DNA of 64,000 nucleotides from Takakia lepidozioides (GCA_030704615.1 CM060732.1:35092001-35156000); one strand, 5' to 3'; counted from the first letter of the stretch, positions 24,263 to 39,000 are shown. Program-made: numbers and translations. Notes: generated by a model not told the origin, from the letters alone.

Positions 24263-25884
24263 TAACCCCCCGCCCTAAAGTGCGCTGCTGTCACCCCTAA
24301 GGCTCCTGTTGGTCTCAGTCTGCGCAAAAATTAAGGGTACCCCATAGAACCCGTAAAAGCGTCTAAGTCCCAAGCAGCCCTCTAACAGAGTGCGACGAGG
24401 CAATTGGGGATCTGAGGAAACTCAACGAGTTTGGGAGTGTTGAATGGCAGTGTCGTGTGGGGAGAGTATGTGTTCGGTGAGGCTGGAGAACATGACTTTT
24501 GGAGGGGGTAAGTCATGTGATGCACGATTTCGGATGGGCACATGCATCTTGAGGAGCAAAGGGATACTGATTCCACCATCCGCTGAGGTGCGCATTGGTC
24601 CACATGTATGGACAACACATGCATGAAGTGGAGGCAACGTCTCTGATTGGCAGCCTCCACCCACATGATAGTAGGGTGGGAAAAAGTGGCGGGTGCTTTT
24701 GAGGGATGCGTCGTTTTGAATTGGCATTGCCACAGTCAGTATTCTCATTCTCGGTGGGATATTTTGTTCACAAACGTGGTTGGAGAGGCATTATATTTAT
24801 TGTTATCTGAACCCACTGGAGTGGGGGCAACATAGCTGCATTTTATGATGGACATAAAGCTTAGTCTTGACATTTTAGACATTTTGGGGTCCGAACGAAC
24901 TTGTGTCCACGTTGTTCCCTGTAACATGACTAGCAGCTCTGTCCTTGCACCTATGCTCTGCAATCATATAAATAACAACATTCCATGGGCATTGTATTCG
25001 TGCCGGATGTGCATGCTCCCTTTCATGTGGAAGACAAGTATGGGTGATCGTTCTTCAATACCTTATGTATTGGACGCCAGATAACATTGGAAAATGTCTT
25101 TGAACCCAAAATGCTAGTCCTTTGCTAAGGAAACAATACCAACTTCAAATGAAACAGTTGTACATGGCCAGTGACTCAAAGTAGGTATTCAACTACAAAG
25201 ATGCATGTAAATGTGTAAATTTGGAATGCCATCTTCATTTGCAAATGCTTGCCTCATGATGGAGAAACTGAGTTTGAGCCCATGCATTTGAAGAAGGTCT
25301 CCTGATTCGAAATACCTACTGAACTACACTGACCCAAACCAAAGATCCAAACTCCCAGCAAGTTGAACTACATCCCAACTCACATGTAAGAGTTTGATGA
25401 GGCTACAAAACGAGAGAGAATGAGCCTTGTATCTGATGCTATTGTTATGATGGTCTCCAATACTAGAAAGTCGCCTCTTCGAGGCAACAATACGCAAAGC
25501 TCGGTTTCAAACCCGCTGAGGCGGTTCAGAGTGTGTCCTGAACCCTAAACCTCAATGAAAAGCAACATACAAGTCCTCGTTGGCAGGCTGAAAAGATGCA
25601 TTGGTCTTCCTCACCGTCTCCTGCAGATGACATGTATTAGCCACAATATTTAAGATCCAAAGCACTTCACCACCCCCTCATAGTTCACCATCCCATTTCC
25701 ATGCACACACAAATTTGAAAAGATGTGTTCAGTCGGAAGGGCTGCTTCAGATAATCCCTACATAGACCAGCCGCATTTCCCATTAACTCAGCATACAACC
25801 CATGGAAATGACAGACCTGAAGTTCAGAACTAGGAGAAAGACATGATCCATGAGACCTCCATATGCTGGCTTACCTGAAGTCCT

Positions 25885-28625
25885 TCAGCCGGTGTACAAC
25901 CTCTTCCTGGTCCTGGAATCTTGGGGCACGGGTGGGTAATTTCCCGAGTAGCCATGCCTCTCCAAAAAGTCTTTGTAGGGCGCAAGTGACTTTCCATTCC
26001 CATCATCAACAGCCGTCATAACTAGCTCCCCAACAGGGTACTGAAGACCCTCCTCCATCATGGCAGTGAGGTCCAAAATCTTTCCTTTTGTAGCTCTCAC
26101 CAAGGCAAGAAGGTGTTGTTGGAGAAATCTGTTGTCATCTGTCAGTTCAAGAATAGTTTGTCACTCTGTGGAGATAAGGGCAGGTAGGCTGGGCAGTGGA
26201 CTTCGACCAGCGGATGTTCTCTGAGCCATTGTAGGGGAGGTCAGACCTGGGGGAGTTTGTGAAGAGGATGGGATGGAAGAAGGGGAGTCATGACCAGTCA
26301 TCAAGTTGTTCAGCCCACCTTTACATGTGCCCATGAGGGAACCGCAGAACTTTGCAATCAGCCCATCCTCCACTTGGGGGTGCAACATCTTCAGATGCTT
26401 CACCTGGTGTGCGCACATATTTCCTTTCTGGGCCCAATGACAATCACAACATGCCCATTTAGAATCCGGATTGTGGATAATATATGTCATACCCAAATGG
26501 CGGTGGCATTCAACTGTTGCAATGCCTCCGGGTGTATGAGGCAGATGCACATTGGCATCTGGAATGTCCTTGGCAAGCAAGATTGAAGTGCAAACAAATC
26601 CCTCCTGCCGCTTGTTTCGGATGAACCCATATGCCTTTGCATGTGACATGTACCAGTAATGGATTAGCACATCACCTGTCAGTTCAGAGATGAACCAATC
26701 CACCCGCCTACTACCGAGCTTTTGGTGCTCTTCAATTGCGCTTTTAGGTTCCCGTGGTATGCTTCTATGACAGCATTAGTGTCTTGAGAGGCATGAGGTA
26801 TATTGCGGGATCCTTTCATCCACATTTTGGCTTTTGGAAGCCACTCTGTCTCCATGTAGGTGCTGAATTCTGTCTCAGAAGGGTACTTCTCCTGCAGGTC
26901 CAGAATTTTGAATACGGCCCATGCTTCACCTGCATCCCCAGAGGTCTCCTTTCTATCGTACATGATCTGTGCCAGGTCTTGTAAGATAGCCGCTCGCAAT
27001 ACTGGGTCTTTCACCTTTGCAACTGCATTCTTCTGCCAGGCTCGGCGAACATGCCACAAGCACAAGAAACAACACAATCCCCCCAAACAAATCTGTTCTC
27101 TTATCAGGTAGGTAAACTGAACTTCATGTGTAACCAAGACATCATGGTAGGCAGATTGCCTGAGTTCATGGACGTACCTAATGGCAGCAATTTCAGCATC
27201 AGCGTCATCCACAATAAATGCATTGGGATGTCAGTCTACTTGGCGACTTGACATTTGTTTGTTTAGTGCCTCCATCCAAGGCGTCAGATCGATGGTTTTG
27301 CACCTTGCAGTGATAATGTAAGCCACTGGAATACCATTCAGCCAGTCGTCGAATACCATCATGGTATATAATGGGTACTGCAACAACAATCATGTGTAAT
27401 CGAAGTGACTTGAAAGGAAATGGTTGCAAAACAGAATACTTCACACGAAGAACGTAATTTGTCATGCTTTCAAGAAATTTGGGTTAACAATCTGACGAAC
27501 CTTCTTTTCATTCGTTCCAAAGGTTGCATCACAAGTAACTATGCGACGATGGCCGTGTTTGAGCATCTGTTTTCTCTGCCAATCAGTTTGTATGCCAAGC
27601 ACAAATGGAAGGTCGAGTTTTCTATCATTCAACGTCCAAGCAGGGTGATTAGACTCTTCCAAGTAGTAGAAAACGCTTCCTGGGTTTTCATGCACCCACA
27701 TTCGGACACTTTGTGCATCATTGGAGTGCTTTTTGAATGTTTCTTCATCGCAATTGTTGGCAATATTTCGGATGTCATTTGAAAGAAGGAAGGTGTCACG
27801 AGTAACCTCGAACCCCCTATCCATGATTTCCCTCACCCTCTGCGTGTGCTTGGCCATTATCTTGTTGATGCTTAGTCCGAGACGGAGGTTGTGTAACACC
27901 CATGATTTCATCTCATCACTCGGGTGGGGAGCTAATGAAACGCGACCTACTTGATGCGCAGGTCCATGGCAGACCTGTCCAGCCCCATTCACATGTCTCT
28001 TTTCATAATAGACCAGCTCTGCAATATCAGGGTCCACATAGCATTGCTTCACTACAAACCTGCACATGCATCCCCTCTTGATGCCTTCCCCCGATTTTGT
28101 TTGTGTGGTCCTCATTTGTTTTGGCTTTGCTTCAATGGAAGAAGCTGTGGCTCTTGGCTTCCTACCCTTCTTCTTTGCAGGCTTCACTCGGCGTTTCTTG
28201 TGTGCCATTGCAGGGGTAACCTCCAAGAGGGAACTAGTTCTGTCCTGTGGACCATATGAGCAGTGATACCTACAATAACAAAAAAACAATCCGTTACTAT
28301 GACACCAAGGGGATTCAGGCACTCGGACATTCATGGAAATCATTCAGTAGCCCTTGCAACACATGAACTGCAGCCCAATGTACCTTGTTGTAGTCCTGGC
28401 ACTGTTGTTGCGAGGAGCTAAGAGAGACCCCTCCGGATGGCATCTTTGCTGATGCCTGCTGAAAGTGCATGGGCCATCTGAACGGGAACACTCCCCTGTA
28501 ATGAAATCAGCAACTCGATTCCAGGGAATGTAGGCGACTTCGGCAGAGTTTTGGCTAGGAGGCTTGCCATGCCATTGGAAACGCCACTGCAGTACATGAT
28601 GGTTAAAAGCACCTACAATGGGCAT
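25885..28625 (-). pseudogene. MULE transposase with SWIM domain, multi-exon, frameshifted
   Basis: AYIPWNRVADFITGE; YHCSYGPQD; KRGCMCRFVVK; HSNDAQSVRMWV; DATFGTNEKK; DDADAEIAAIR; CLWHVRRAW; TNAVIEAYHGNLK; CDCHWAQKGNMCAH. Confidence 0.9.
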
Positions 28626-30254
28626 TTGAACTTGGTTTCAAAGCAGCAAAACAAGATGGGATGCAATGTTTTCTTCATTCTCGGCAACAGATATATCGTG
28701 GCGCAATTCAGGGACCTGAGGCACGGCTGGTACTGGCTGCACGTTGTGCTTTCGTGGTCAGAACAGTTTGAGAGGACCATGAAAGGAAGGTGACGATTGG
28801 AGGTTGCCTCTCATTACACATACTTCCTGGTCTCATCCATCCGTACCTACATACATCCATCCTAAATCCTAGAAGTAGACCCAATCCATAAAATAGTACT
28901 AAATTTCAAATTTGAATTTTGAAATTTGAACATGTACAACCTTGTTTATACATGCATATGTGAGGGCTTCACGCCTATGGTCATCATGTGACTTTCGTGA
29001 TGGTCATCATGTTACTTTCGTGACCATCATGTATGTGTCAGCTGCCATGTATGGATCCATGTTTTCGACTCACGATGTGTCCCACGCACGATGGTGGGTT
29101 GTGGTGACAGGTGTCATGTGCCACAGAGTTCATTTGGTGTGGTGACGGCTGGCAGGTGGGGGGCGGGGCGGGGTGGCGGGCAGGGGGATGGGGGGCGGGG
29201 GGGGGGGGGGGGGGGGAGTTGTTTGGTGGCGCGGGGGCGCAGCAACCGCGAGCCGCGCATGAGCCGGCGAAGGGGGTGCGGCTGGGGTGGCGGGGGGTGC
29301 CATGCAGGCAGGACCGAAGGGGTCGCATTAAACTCCCAGGCCTTTTCTAATGTGCGCCTTCCCGGATTTGCGGGCCTTCCCCTCGGGCTACAGCCCTCGA
29401 CGTCAGGCCCTTAAATCCGGGAATGCCCTCCACTCAGGGCAGTACCCTATACGTAACCACTCGGCCATCTAATGGATGCTAACAATAGATACTCAATCAC
29501 AAAAGTTGACATGTAATGCATATCGTAAATGAACTAAAAATAAAATAAAAAATGAACAAAAACATAATGTGTAAAATCACTTTTATAGAGATGTGTCATA
29601 CTTATTTTACTAGTTTATTTTAATCAGGATCCGCCTTGAAGATGTGAGAGAAACAAATCATGATTCATTTTTCTGAATGTGGTTGAACAAGTTTTCTTGA
29701 ACATTAACCAATATTACAAATATTAATATGCATTGCATATGTGTGCATAAAATAATTAGTTTTGAAACAATAATGATGATGGTGATGTCGATGTGAGAGT
29801 TTAGCACTATATATATAGTTAATAAAGTATATTAGATATAAATAATCATTAAAATAACATCTGTTAGTTATTCTCGTGATAAAATGTGTACGAATGAGAA
29901 ATTATATATCAAGGAAATCATGAAACTAAGGGATTGTAGAATACCTCCAAGTGTCCCTATTGTATAATCAGCAACATCTTCTACTTTTGCATCGAATAGA
30001 GCCAAGGCAAAAACGTCACTATCCTGGAAATTACCATTCGATGCATAAATATTTCACTTTGATATATCTCTTTCCCTCCTCTCAAATTTGAAAGATCCGA
30101 CTTAGAAATGTAAAAGACATCATTATAATGTAATAATGTTTTGAAACATGTTTTCATTTTATTAATACATCTACTTAGTAATAAATGTATTAGTAAATCT
30201 ATTAATACATTTACTAAAAGATGCATACCCATACAGGTCTATCTTCCACTTTTC

Positions 30255-30473
30255 AAGGTTTTTTTTAAGGAAACCTGGGAGCGACAGCCCACAATTCAGG
30301 CCCTTGAGGAGGGGAAAAATTAACCCCCTTTCATTTATGGGCCATGAGGCCTACAGGACGATCAACGCCCAGACATACCCTCACAAACAATCCCACACAT
30401 GGGGCAGGGCAGCGGGTTTGAACGTTTGAACCCCGAACCACCAGGCCGACACACCGTGCACTTAACCAGCTGA
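30255..30473 (-). mobile_element. tRNA-derived SINE in a protease intron
   Basis: Minus strand TCAGCTGGTTAAG (A-box-like), GGTTCAAAC (B-box), A-rich tail; 3' part resembles 31685-31730. Confidence 0.6.
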
Positions 30474-32289
30474 ATGTGTTTTTTTTTTTTTTTTTTTGCC
30501 ATAGTGATGATTTTTCCTATTTTGACCGTTTTGTAAATAGGCAACATAATACTAGTTGGAACTGAAATGGGATTCAAACTAATTAAGGAATACCTATATG
30601 GCACACCACTTATCCAACCAATACATTAATATATTATGCCACAACTTACAGGAGAGGAGAAAAGATACTTTTTCTGGTCCAATCTTGAATTTTGCACTGT
30701 CTTTAAACACCAAAGTAATCACACGAAATGCTCTAAGGTGGATTGCTTGATCTGATCTGCCCTCAACATGTTTTCATAATAATGAACCAGTATAAGTCAG
30801 TTTCGATACAAAAAGCTATTTGAAATTATAAAGCTATTATAAAGCTACTTGGAATTTGTGTCGCCCAAGGTTTTCGTGAGATGCTCAAGGATATAAAAAT
30901 TTAAATACCAGTTTTTGTGTGAATATGTAGCTGTAGACATTTCACCGCATGCTTCTCCTAATGTTTCTGTTATATATTATGTATATTTACATATAAGTTT
31001 GTTTGCCTGTAACATTTCATATAAAACAGCATGGATACTCAAATGCTAGATATCACATTGTTTACTTGGAGCTACTAAAAACAATATCAACGCATAATAG
31101 CAAGTGGCTACCTCCATCTTTCCGGAACAATCCAAGTAACAACTCCTTTGTCATCTTTTCTCTCAATCCCAATTTCTTGGCTTCCCTTTCCATCAATATG
31201 GACAGGAAATCATATCTAATGGCAGGGCGGTTGCATTTGACTGTCATACCTCATTCACTTGTGCACCAAAATTTCGTGAAAGTCTACTTCCTGTAGTAAG
31301 TATATGTTTAAAACAAATAACAAAGATAATCCATAATAATTATATTTTACTTAAAATGTAAGATATTAACAATAGCTGGTGTTTCTGACTACACCACATT
31401 TGGGACTGATTTTTTAATTTGAGCAAATGTCATTATTACATATTAAGTAAAGATTTAAAACATAATATTAGATATGTGAGTAATTTTTGAAAAAATGATG
31501 TAACGTAAAATGGATACTTGTATTTTTCACAATTTAGTATGTAAGTATATAATTATCTCAAACATACGAATCAGATGAGAAAAATGATACACCAGAATTA
31601 TAGGAAATCTACATGTGGTTGCTTTGATGGAAGTCTGTCATTGCATCTTATGAGCCTTGTTTTTCTTTTTTTCTATTTATATTTTTTGAAAAGGGCAATA
31701 CCTGGAGCGACCACTCACAAATCAGGCCCCTTCATTAGAGTGACAAGAGAAACTAACCTCTGTTAAAGTAACCTCGCCATGAGGTGCACAAGGCATGAGC
31801 CTAGATTTGTGAAGAATATCGGATAACTTGATTGATTAGCTTAATTATACCAACTCAAAATGGATGTAATGGTAACTAACCATCCATTAGTGCGCATTTT
31901 GGTCCAGCTCATTTCGCGTCGATAATCGATTTTAGGATATCCTAAGACAAGATAGCCATCTGAGCCATCACGGTAACTTCTGTTGCTCGATTTAAGCTTT
32001 GTGCAGTGAGTGACAACATTTTTTATCACACCTACTCTCTCGCTTAACTGGGAATTCAAAGGTTACCTCAGATAATCTTCTCAAACCTAGGATTCCATCA
32101 GTTTCGGATGGCTTTCTCGCACGACAATACTCACTATTGTATCCACACCTACAGATGTCAAATTGAAGGTTTCAAATTATTATACTACAGCAGGTATTTC
32201 TAACTATATAATATACTGTAGAACCTTTATATATATTTGTATATTTCTAGATTAGTTCAACAGCAACAATAGTGTCAAAATGCACAATT

Positions 32290-32472
32290 GTAGCCGTGGT
32301 AAGACATCTTGTGCATTGGCCTGTCTGGGGTTCAACCCCCTGTGAGCTGTCTGTTTGCCTTCAGGCTGGGGCTCTGCCCCTGTTTGCCTTCATGGTCCCG
32401 GAAGGGCTTTACTTTCCCCCTTAAGGCCCAGTTGCTGCGGCTGGTATTGCCTTGGAAACATTTAAAAAAAAT
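32290..32472 (+). mobile_element. tRNA-derived SINE in a protease intron
   Basis: TAGCCGTGG A-box, GGTTCAACCC B-box, A-tail; GC-rich island in an AT-rich intron. Confidence 0.6.
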
Positions 32473-35400
32473 ATATAATGATACATGATTATGCAACTAT
32501 CTTTGATATGAAGATCTCGTAGTTAATCTATTGTAATTATTTTTAAAATGTTTATTGAGTTGCAATTTACCGTTTGATGATAAACTTGAATATTACGACA
32601 CAATAGGAAGGGGGGAAAAAAAAAACACATGTCATACCCCAAAATAAGTGGTATAGATGTTTCTTGAAAGTTATATTTATCCTTATAGAGTTTGAGGGTA
32701 ACAAATTTTTCAATAAGCAATCCATGAGTGAAGCTTTCATCGGCATAATTTATTTTATATTTGCATTCCTAGTTAGTTTTATCATTACAAACACCATCAT
32801 ATCCGTTTTCTTCAATAAATCTACATTCAGCACTTTGACAATGCACTTTATCATCTGTGTGGGCTTTGAGTCTTCCATTTGGGCCCTATACATTGCAAAA
32901 GATTTGTCACACTGTTATAATACACAATCTCTTAGGTAAGTTTTGCAAGTTAAATGTTTGAGTTCACATTTATAATTTAGCAATGGCTTACTTACAGTCA
33001 CTTCTTAACTGTTCAATGTGCATGGATCTACAACAAGGAAAATACATCCGCAACTGCTATTTTGACTCTTGTCTTCTTTGATCTCAAAGTAGCAGCTAAA
33101 AAAGAATGAGCGCCATCCTGCACTACTCCATGCCTTCTAGACAACTTGGGCCCACCTCGGAATCATTTGTCGCTGCACTTATGATCTCTCCTGTATTTGG
33201 ATAGAGGGCATCCCCTCCTACTGGGAAGGACACAGAGGACTGCTCTTCAGCATCCCCAGAGTTTGAAAGATCGGAGATCAACTGGAAGCATGTCAGGTCC
33301 TCCTCAGCAACGCGCCTCCACTTCCACCGTTAGAACTCTTATTTCTCTGCTCTAATCCAATCCCCCACTCTGTCTCAATCTCGCCTCTCTCTATCCTGCC
33401 TGCTCCTCTTCACCATCCCCCTGCGCTACCACCCCGTTCCGTCGAACCCCCGATCCTACCTCTGCCAAGTATTCTTAGGGCTACAATCCTCTTCTAACCC
33501 TCTTCCCTCCCACTCGCTAAAATACACTCTTATCACCCTAATGCTACACTCCACCAGCATGGATAATCATCTGAGGGCTGGACCCTCTCGACACTTGGGG
33601 TTTCTAGTGAATTAATCACGTCTTATGGTGTTTTCTTGTTACAGTTACTAGCTCTACGTTATCTGGCACAACCTCCTGTGTGACATGCCTTATGGGAGCC
33701 TTTGGCAACTGAGGGTTTATTTTTTTCCCTCCAATAACTATAATAAAGTTCGAGCAGGGCCTCAGTCCCTTTTCCAAAAAAATAAAAAAAATAAAGAAAA
33801 AATAAAGAAAATGTTCAATCAAAATAATGCATATATATAACTCACCAGTCTACAAGGGAGGAGAGGTTGGTCACCATATGCGCAATTTATCCAGGTAATG
33901 CTACTGCCCGTATCCACGTTTAAATGAAATGTAGTGCCTCCTACTCTCATTTTAATATAATGTATGTTGGTGTTGTCGAAAAACAGGCTTTCGACAATTG
34001 AATGGTTCTGAATGGTTCTCATTGTAGCATTATTGTGCGAAAAATAATTAGAATATATCGAAGGCTTTTCAATAGGATTCATATATAGTGGAATCTTGGT
34101 ATGGATTGGATATAACTTAAATACAATTGCAAGTTGGTTAACTTGTGTCTTTGGATCAATATACCAAAACTTGGGTGTCATAAAAAGGTACACAAGTGCA
34201 AAAGATATTGGTATTAATGCAATCATGAGTTTGTTTTTATGTTTACACGGTCGAATCCTTCATCTATATTGTGACAACAATATCATAACCTATTTAATTC
34301 CCAAAAACTTTTAAAATTTAATTAAAAATATATTTTGTGACAGACAATCAGTAATGATTATATTTTCAATATTAAAATATCAAATACACACATAGATTGT
34401 ACTAATGACTACCATCAACACTTATTTCATCTTGTTTGTAATTATAAATTACAAACAAATCTAATATACTATTTTATTAATCGTGAGGGATAATATTATT
34501 TATACACTAGTAATATAATGAGTATTTTTAGATGTCATTGTAGTATATTATATAAACAAATACTTCAATCAAACATTTTGTAGTTTTCATACTTGATCAT
34601 AGATCGGTATGACATGTTTGTGGTGGTTTGAGAATGTGATGATCTGATATCTCTCTTCATCATGATTCTTCTAAAAAATTTATATCAACAACGATTTAAT
34701 AAAGCAATGCAAGATGGACTAAAACTCTTAGTGAGATTGCATCTTGATTCTAAATCATGTTTTAAAATTTCTATCCAAATATAATTTTATGTAGTGTACA
34801 TATCATGCATAATAACTGAATCCAGATCTTTAATAATAAACTTGTTTATATTGTCATTTGTATTCAGGTTGGACTAAGTTAGGCATTGCAAATTTCACAA
34901 TACATATTTCACATGAATTTAAAGCACCAAGGTATCTAGCTTTGAAATTCACCCCTTGCATAACATGTAAGACTGAAGTTCCCTTTTACTCATACTACTA
35001 CGAAGTTGGAATAAGTTCAAATGTTAGGTTGGTTGATTAATTGTACATCATCTAGTAAATAGTTATTTTTTGTTAACAGAAGAGTAAAAAGTGTACGGAG
35101 TATCCTCAGCCCCCCTCATGGCGTAGTTGCCATTTTCATGGAACATTTTTAGATTTCTATTGACGGTTTTCGGTCTTTTAATAATAAATACATTTGGGAC
35201 CAGAGTTTGATTGTTTTGGATAGGTTCAGCACACTTGTTTTCAATATTTTACAACTATTTAACTATTATAAATATTTAATTAAAATTATTATAAATGTAA
35301 ATACATAATTACAATAATGGGTTTGATGTCATTTTCAAGTTTTGTTCAATTGTCCTTATGTCTCATAGTTTGTTTTTTCCCATCAGTAATAAGCTCACTG

Positions 35401-35632
35401 CCTCCTGGTGGTTCTTTTTTCCACCCTTTTAATTCAATTCATGGGTTCCATGTTCCATCCCCTTCAGGAAGGAAAAAAAAAGGGAAAAAAAAAGTTTTCC
35501 ACCACATTATAGGAATACATTGAATTGGATCGCACTAATATATTATGGTTGGCTCGGGGGTTTTAATTTTTTCCCCCCTAATAATTCCAAATAAAGTTCT
35601 CCAGCCCAGTCCTCTGTTTATTAAAATGTATA

Positions 35633-35978
35633 CTAGGGTAGCCTGGTTGGCCCAAGTGTCGAGTATCTAAGTCCAAGTGCAATGCCCAATGTATCTAGAG
35701 ACCCTCCTGTTTGGGAGATCTAGGCCTAGGGTAGCTTGCGCCATTGGCCCATGTGTTAAGAATTGGAATCTAAGCCCAAGTGCAATTTCTTATGTATCCA
35801 AGTGAGTCTCCTATCTCAAGGCCCAAGTGCGACCTCTAGTGTAGCCTATGCCGTTGGCCCATGTGTGAAGAATTGAAATCTAAGCCCAAGTGCAATCTTC
35901 TATTCAATGTCCAATGTCATCTAAGTCCAAGTGCAATCCCATATCTAATCGTTTAAATAAATAAATAAATAAAATAAT

Positions 35979-36033
<55 letters not shown>

Positions 36034-39000
36034 AAATTTAAACCCCAGAGAGCCTACAACCAAATTTGAACCGGAGATTGATATTTCTCCCCTCGAGGCT
36101 CTAACCATTGTCCCAGGAATGCCCACTTTGCCATTTTTGCTATTTTTTGTGAATTTTCAGCGACCAAAATTACTTGAAATTCCAAATCTCCCACATGAAA
36201 GGCCAATCATTGCTCCACAAAAGCCCACTTTGCTATTTTTCACGAATTTCCAGCGACCCAAAGTACTTGAAATTCCACATCTCCCACACCGCATGAACAA
36301 AAATTATGAGACCAAGCCGGTGCACCCCTCCTCATCGAGGGCTTTTCAACGGCACCAAGCACCGGGGCTGGGGCCGCGGTTTGGGAGATCTCAACGATGC
36401 TACAAACAAAACAAAACAAAACAAACGTACGTCTCGCTTCATATATATATATATATATATAACAAAAATGTTATTCTTTTTCGCTCATTGTATTATCAAT
36501 ACTAGGGTCGCCTGTGCCGTTGGCCCAAGTGTCCAGTGTCATCTAAGTCCAAGTGCAATCCCCTATGTATCAAAGTGCGTCTCCTATGTCGAGGCCCAAA
36601 TGCAACCTCTAGAGTAGCCTGTGTCATTGGCCCAAGTCTCCAATGTCATCTAAGTCCAAGTGCAATCCCCTATCTATCTAGAGACCTTCATGTTTGGGAG
36701 ATCTAGGCCTAGGGTAGCCTGCGCCATTGGCCCATGTGTTAAGAATTGAAATCTAAGTCCAAGTGCAATGCCCTATGTATTCAAGTAGCGTCTCCTATGT
36801 CAAGGCCCATTTGTGAAGAATTGAAATCTAAGCCCAAAGTGCAATTTCTTATGTATCCAAGTGGGTCTCCTATGTCGAGGCCCAAGTGCGACCTCTAGTG
36901 TAGCCTATGCCGTTGGCCCATGTGTGAAGAATTGAAATCTAAGCCCAAGTGCAATCTTCTATTGATATATCCAAGTGCATCTCCCATGTACAGGCCCAAG
37001 TGTCTAGTGTCATCTAAGTCCAAGTGCAATCCCATATCTAATCATTTTTTTTCCAAGAGAGCCTATGACCAGATTTGAACTAGAGACCTTTCCCTTGATA
37101 TCTCTCCCGTTGAGGCTCCAACCATTGTGCCATGAATGCCCACTTTGCCATTTTTGCTATTTTTTGTAAATTTCTAGCAATCAAAAGTACTTGGAATTCC
37201 GTATCTCCCACACCGCAGGTCCAAAAATCATGAGACCAAGCCTGTGCACCTTTCCTCGTCGAGGGCTTTCCAACGGTACCAAGCACCAGCGCTGGGGCCT
37301 CACGGTTTGGGACATCTCAACGCTACAAAAGAAAAGAAAAGAAAACAAACAAACAAACAACTGTCTTGCTTCATATCATTCCAATACTAGGGTAGCAATA
37401 TATTGGCCCATATGTGAGGAATTGAAATCTATGTATCCAAGTGCGTCTCCTATGTTGAGGCCCGTCGAAGCCCAAGTGCAATCTTCTATTTATGTATCCA
37501 AGTGCATCTCCCATGTAGAGCCCCAATTGTCCACTGTCATCTAAGCCCAAGTCCAATCTCCTATGTATCCAGTGCAATTCCCTATGTATGCAAGTGCATC
37601 TCCTATATTGAGGCCCAAGTGCGACCTCTAGGCCCTAGGGTAGCTTGTGTGCAGTTGGCCCAAGTGTCCAACGTCATCTAAGTCTAATCATTTTTTTTCC
37701 ACAGAGCCTACGACCAGATTTGAACCTGAGACCTTTCCCTTGATATCTCTCCCGTCGAGGCTCCAACCATTGTCCCATGAATGCCCACTTTGCCATTTTT
37801 GCTATTTTTTGTGAATATCCAGCGACCAAAAGTACTTGGAATCCCGTATCTCCCACACCGCAGGTCCAAAAGTCATGAGACCAAGCCGGTGCACCCCTCC
37901 TCGTCAAGGGCTTTCCAATGGTACCAAGCACCAGCGCCGGAGCCTTGCGGTTTGAGATATCTCAACTCCACGGGAGAGATATCAAGGGAAAGGTCTCCGG
38001 TTCAAATCTGGTCGTAGGCTCTGTGGAAAAAAAATGATTAGATATGGCTTGCTTCATATATTGATGCACTTGGACTTAGATGACATTGGACACTTGGGCC
38101 AACGGCACAGGCTACCCTAGTATTGATATGAATGAATCCAGTTTGTTTGTTTTGTTTTGTTTTGTAGTGTTGAGATGTCCCAAACCGCGGGCCAGCCCCG
38201 GTGCTTGGTACCGTTGGAAAGCCCTCGACGAGGAGGGGTGCACGGGCTTGGTCTCATGATTTTTGGACCTACGGTGTGGGATGTGGAAATTTCAATTACT
38301 TTGGGTCGCTGGTAATTCATGAAAAATAGCAAAGTGGGCATTCCTGGGACAATGGATGGAGCCACGAGAGGAGAGACATAAAGGGAAAGGTCTCCGGTTC
38401 AAATCTGGTCGTAGGCTCTGTAGAAAAAAAAAATGATTAGATATGGCTTGCTTCATATATTGATGCACTTGGACTTAAGATGACATTGGACACTTGGGCG
38501 AACGGCACATGCTACCCTAGATACCGGAGATATATCAATAATGATTGGATATATTATTACTCAATATATATTGGGCTTTGACATGGGAGACATACTTGGA
38601 TACATAGGAGATTGCACTTGGGCTTAGATGACACTCGACACTTGGGCCTCTGCATAGGAGATGCACTTGGATACAAGAATAGAAGATTGCACTTCGGCTT
38701 AGATGGGCCTCGACATATGAGACGCACTTGGATACATAGAAAATTGCACTTGGTCTTATATTTCAATTCTTCAAAACAAAGGCAGAGCCTATCCTAGAGG
38801 TTGCACTTGTAGGAGATGTACTGGGATACATAGAAGATCTTACACTTGGGCCAACAGTACATACTACGCTAGAGGTCGCATTTGGGCCGTAACATAGGAG
38901 ACGCACTTGGGTACATAGGGGATTGCACTTGGACTTAGATAACACTTGACACTTGGGCCAACGGCACAGGCTACCCTAGTCAATATATGAAGCGAGACGT

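Larger units (their letters stand above)
17871..29447. mobile_element. Mutator-like element (~11.6 kb) with long GC-rich TIRs
   Basis: TIRs 17871-~18195 and ~29055-29447 (GGGTAATGCCC... / ...GGGCAGTACCC); internal MULE transposase; no clean TSD seen. Confidence 0.9.
17197..34226 (-). pseudogene. A1 aspartic protease (nucellin/Asp1-like), multi-exon, with stop and frameshifts
   Basis: FHLNVDTGSSITWINC (exon 33847-34226); C..KTN*ECKYKINYADES..G.L...LILG (~32640-32930, TAG at 32769-32771); DGILGL..SQL...IKNVVTHC (~31880-32150); ITLVFKDSAKFKIGPE (~30650-30730); ALALFD..TIGTLG (29945-30020); last exon GKSLRGMMMIFDNEKSRIGWMDSPRC (17197-17288). Confidence 0.85.

Noticed and set aside
30400-30473. 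Functional tRNA gene (also 32290-32345)
   Set aside because: No complete cloverleaf visible; tails indicate SINEs
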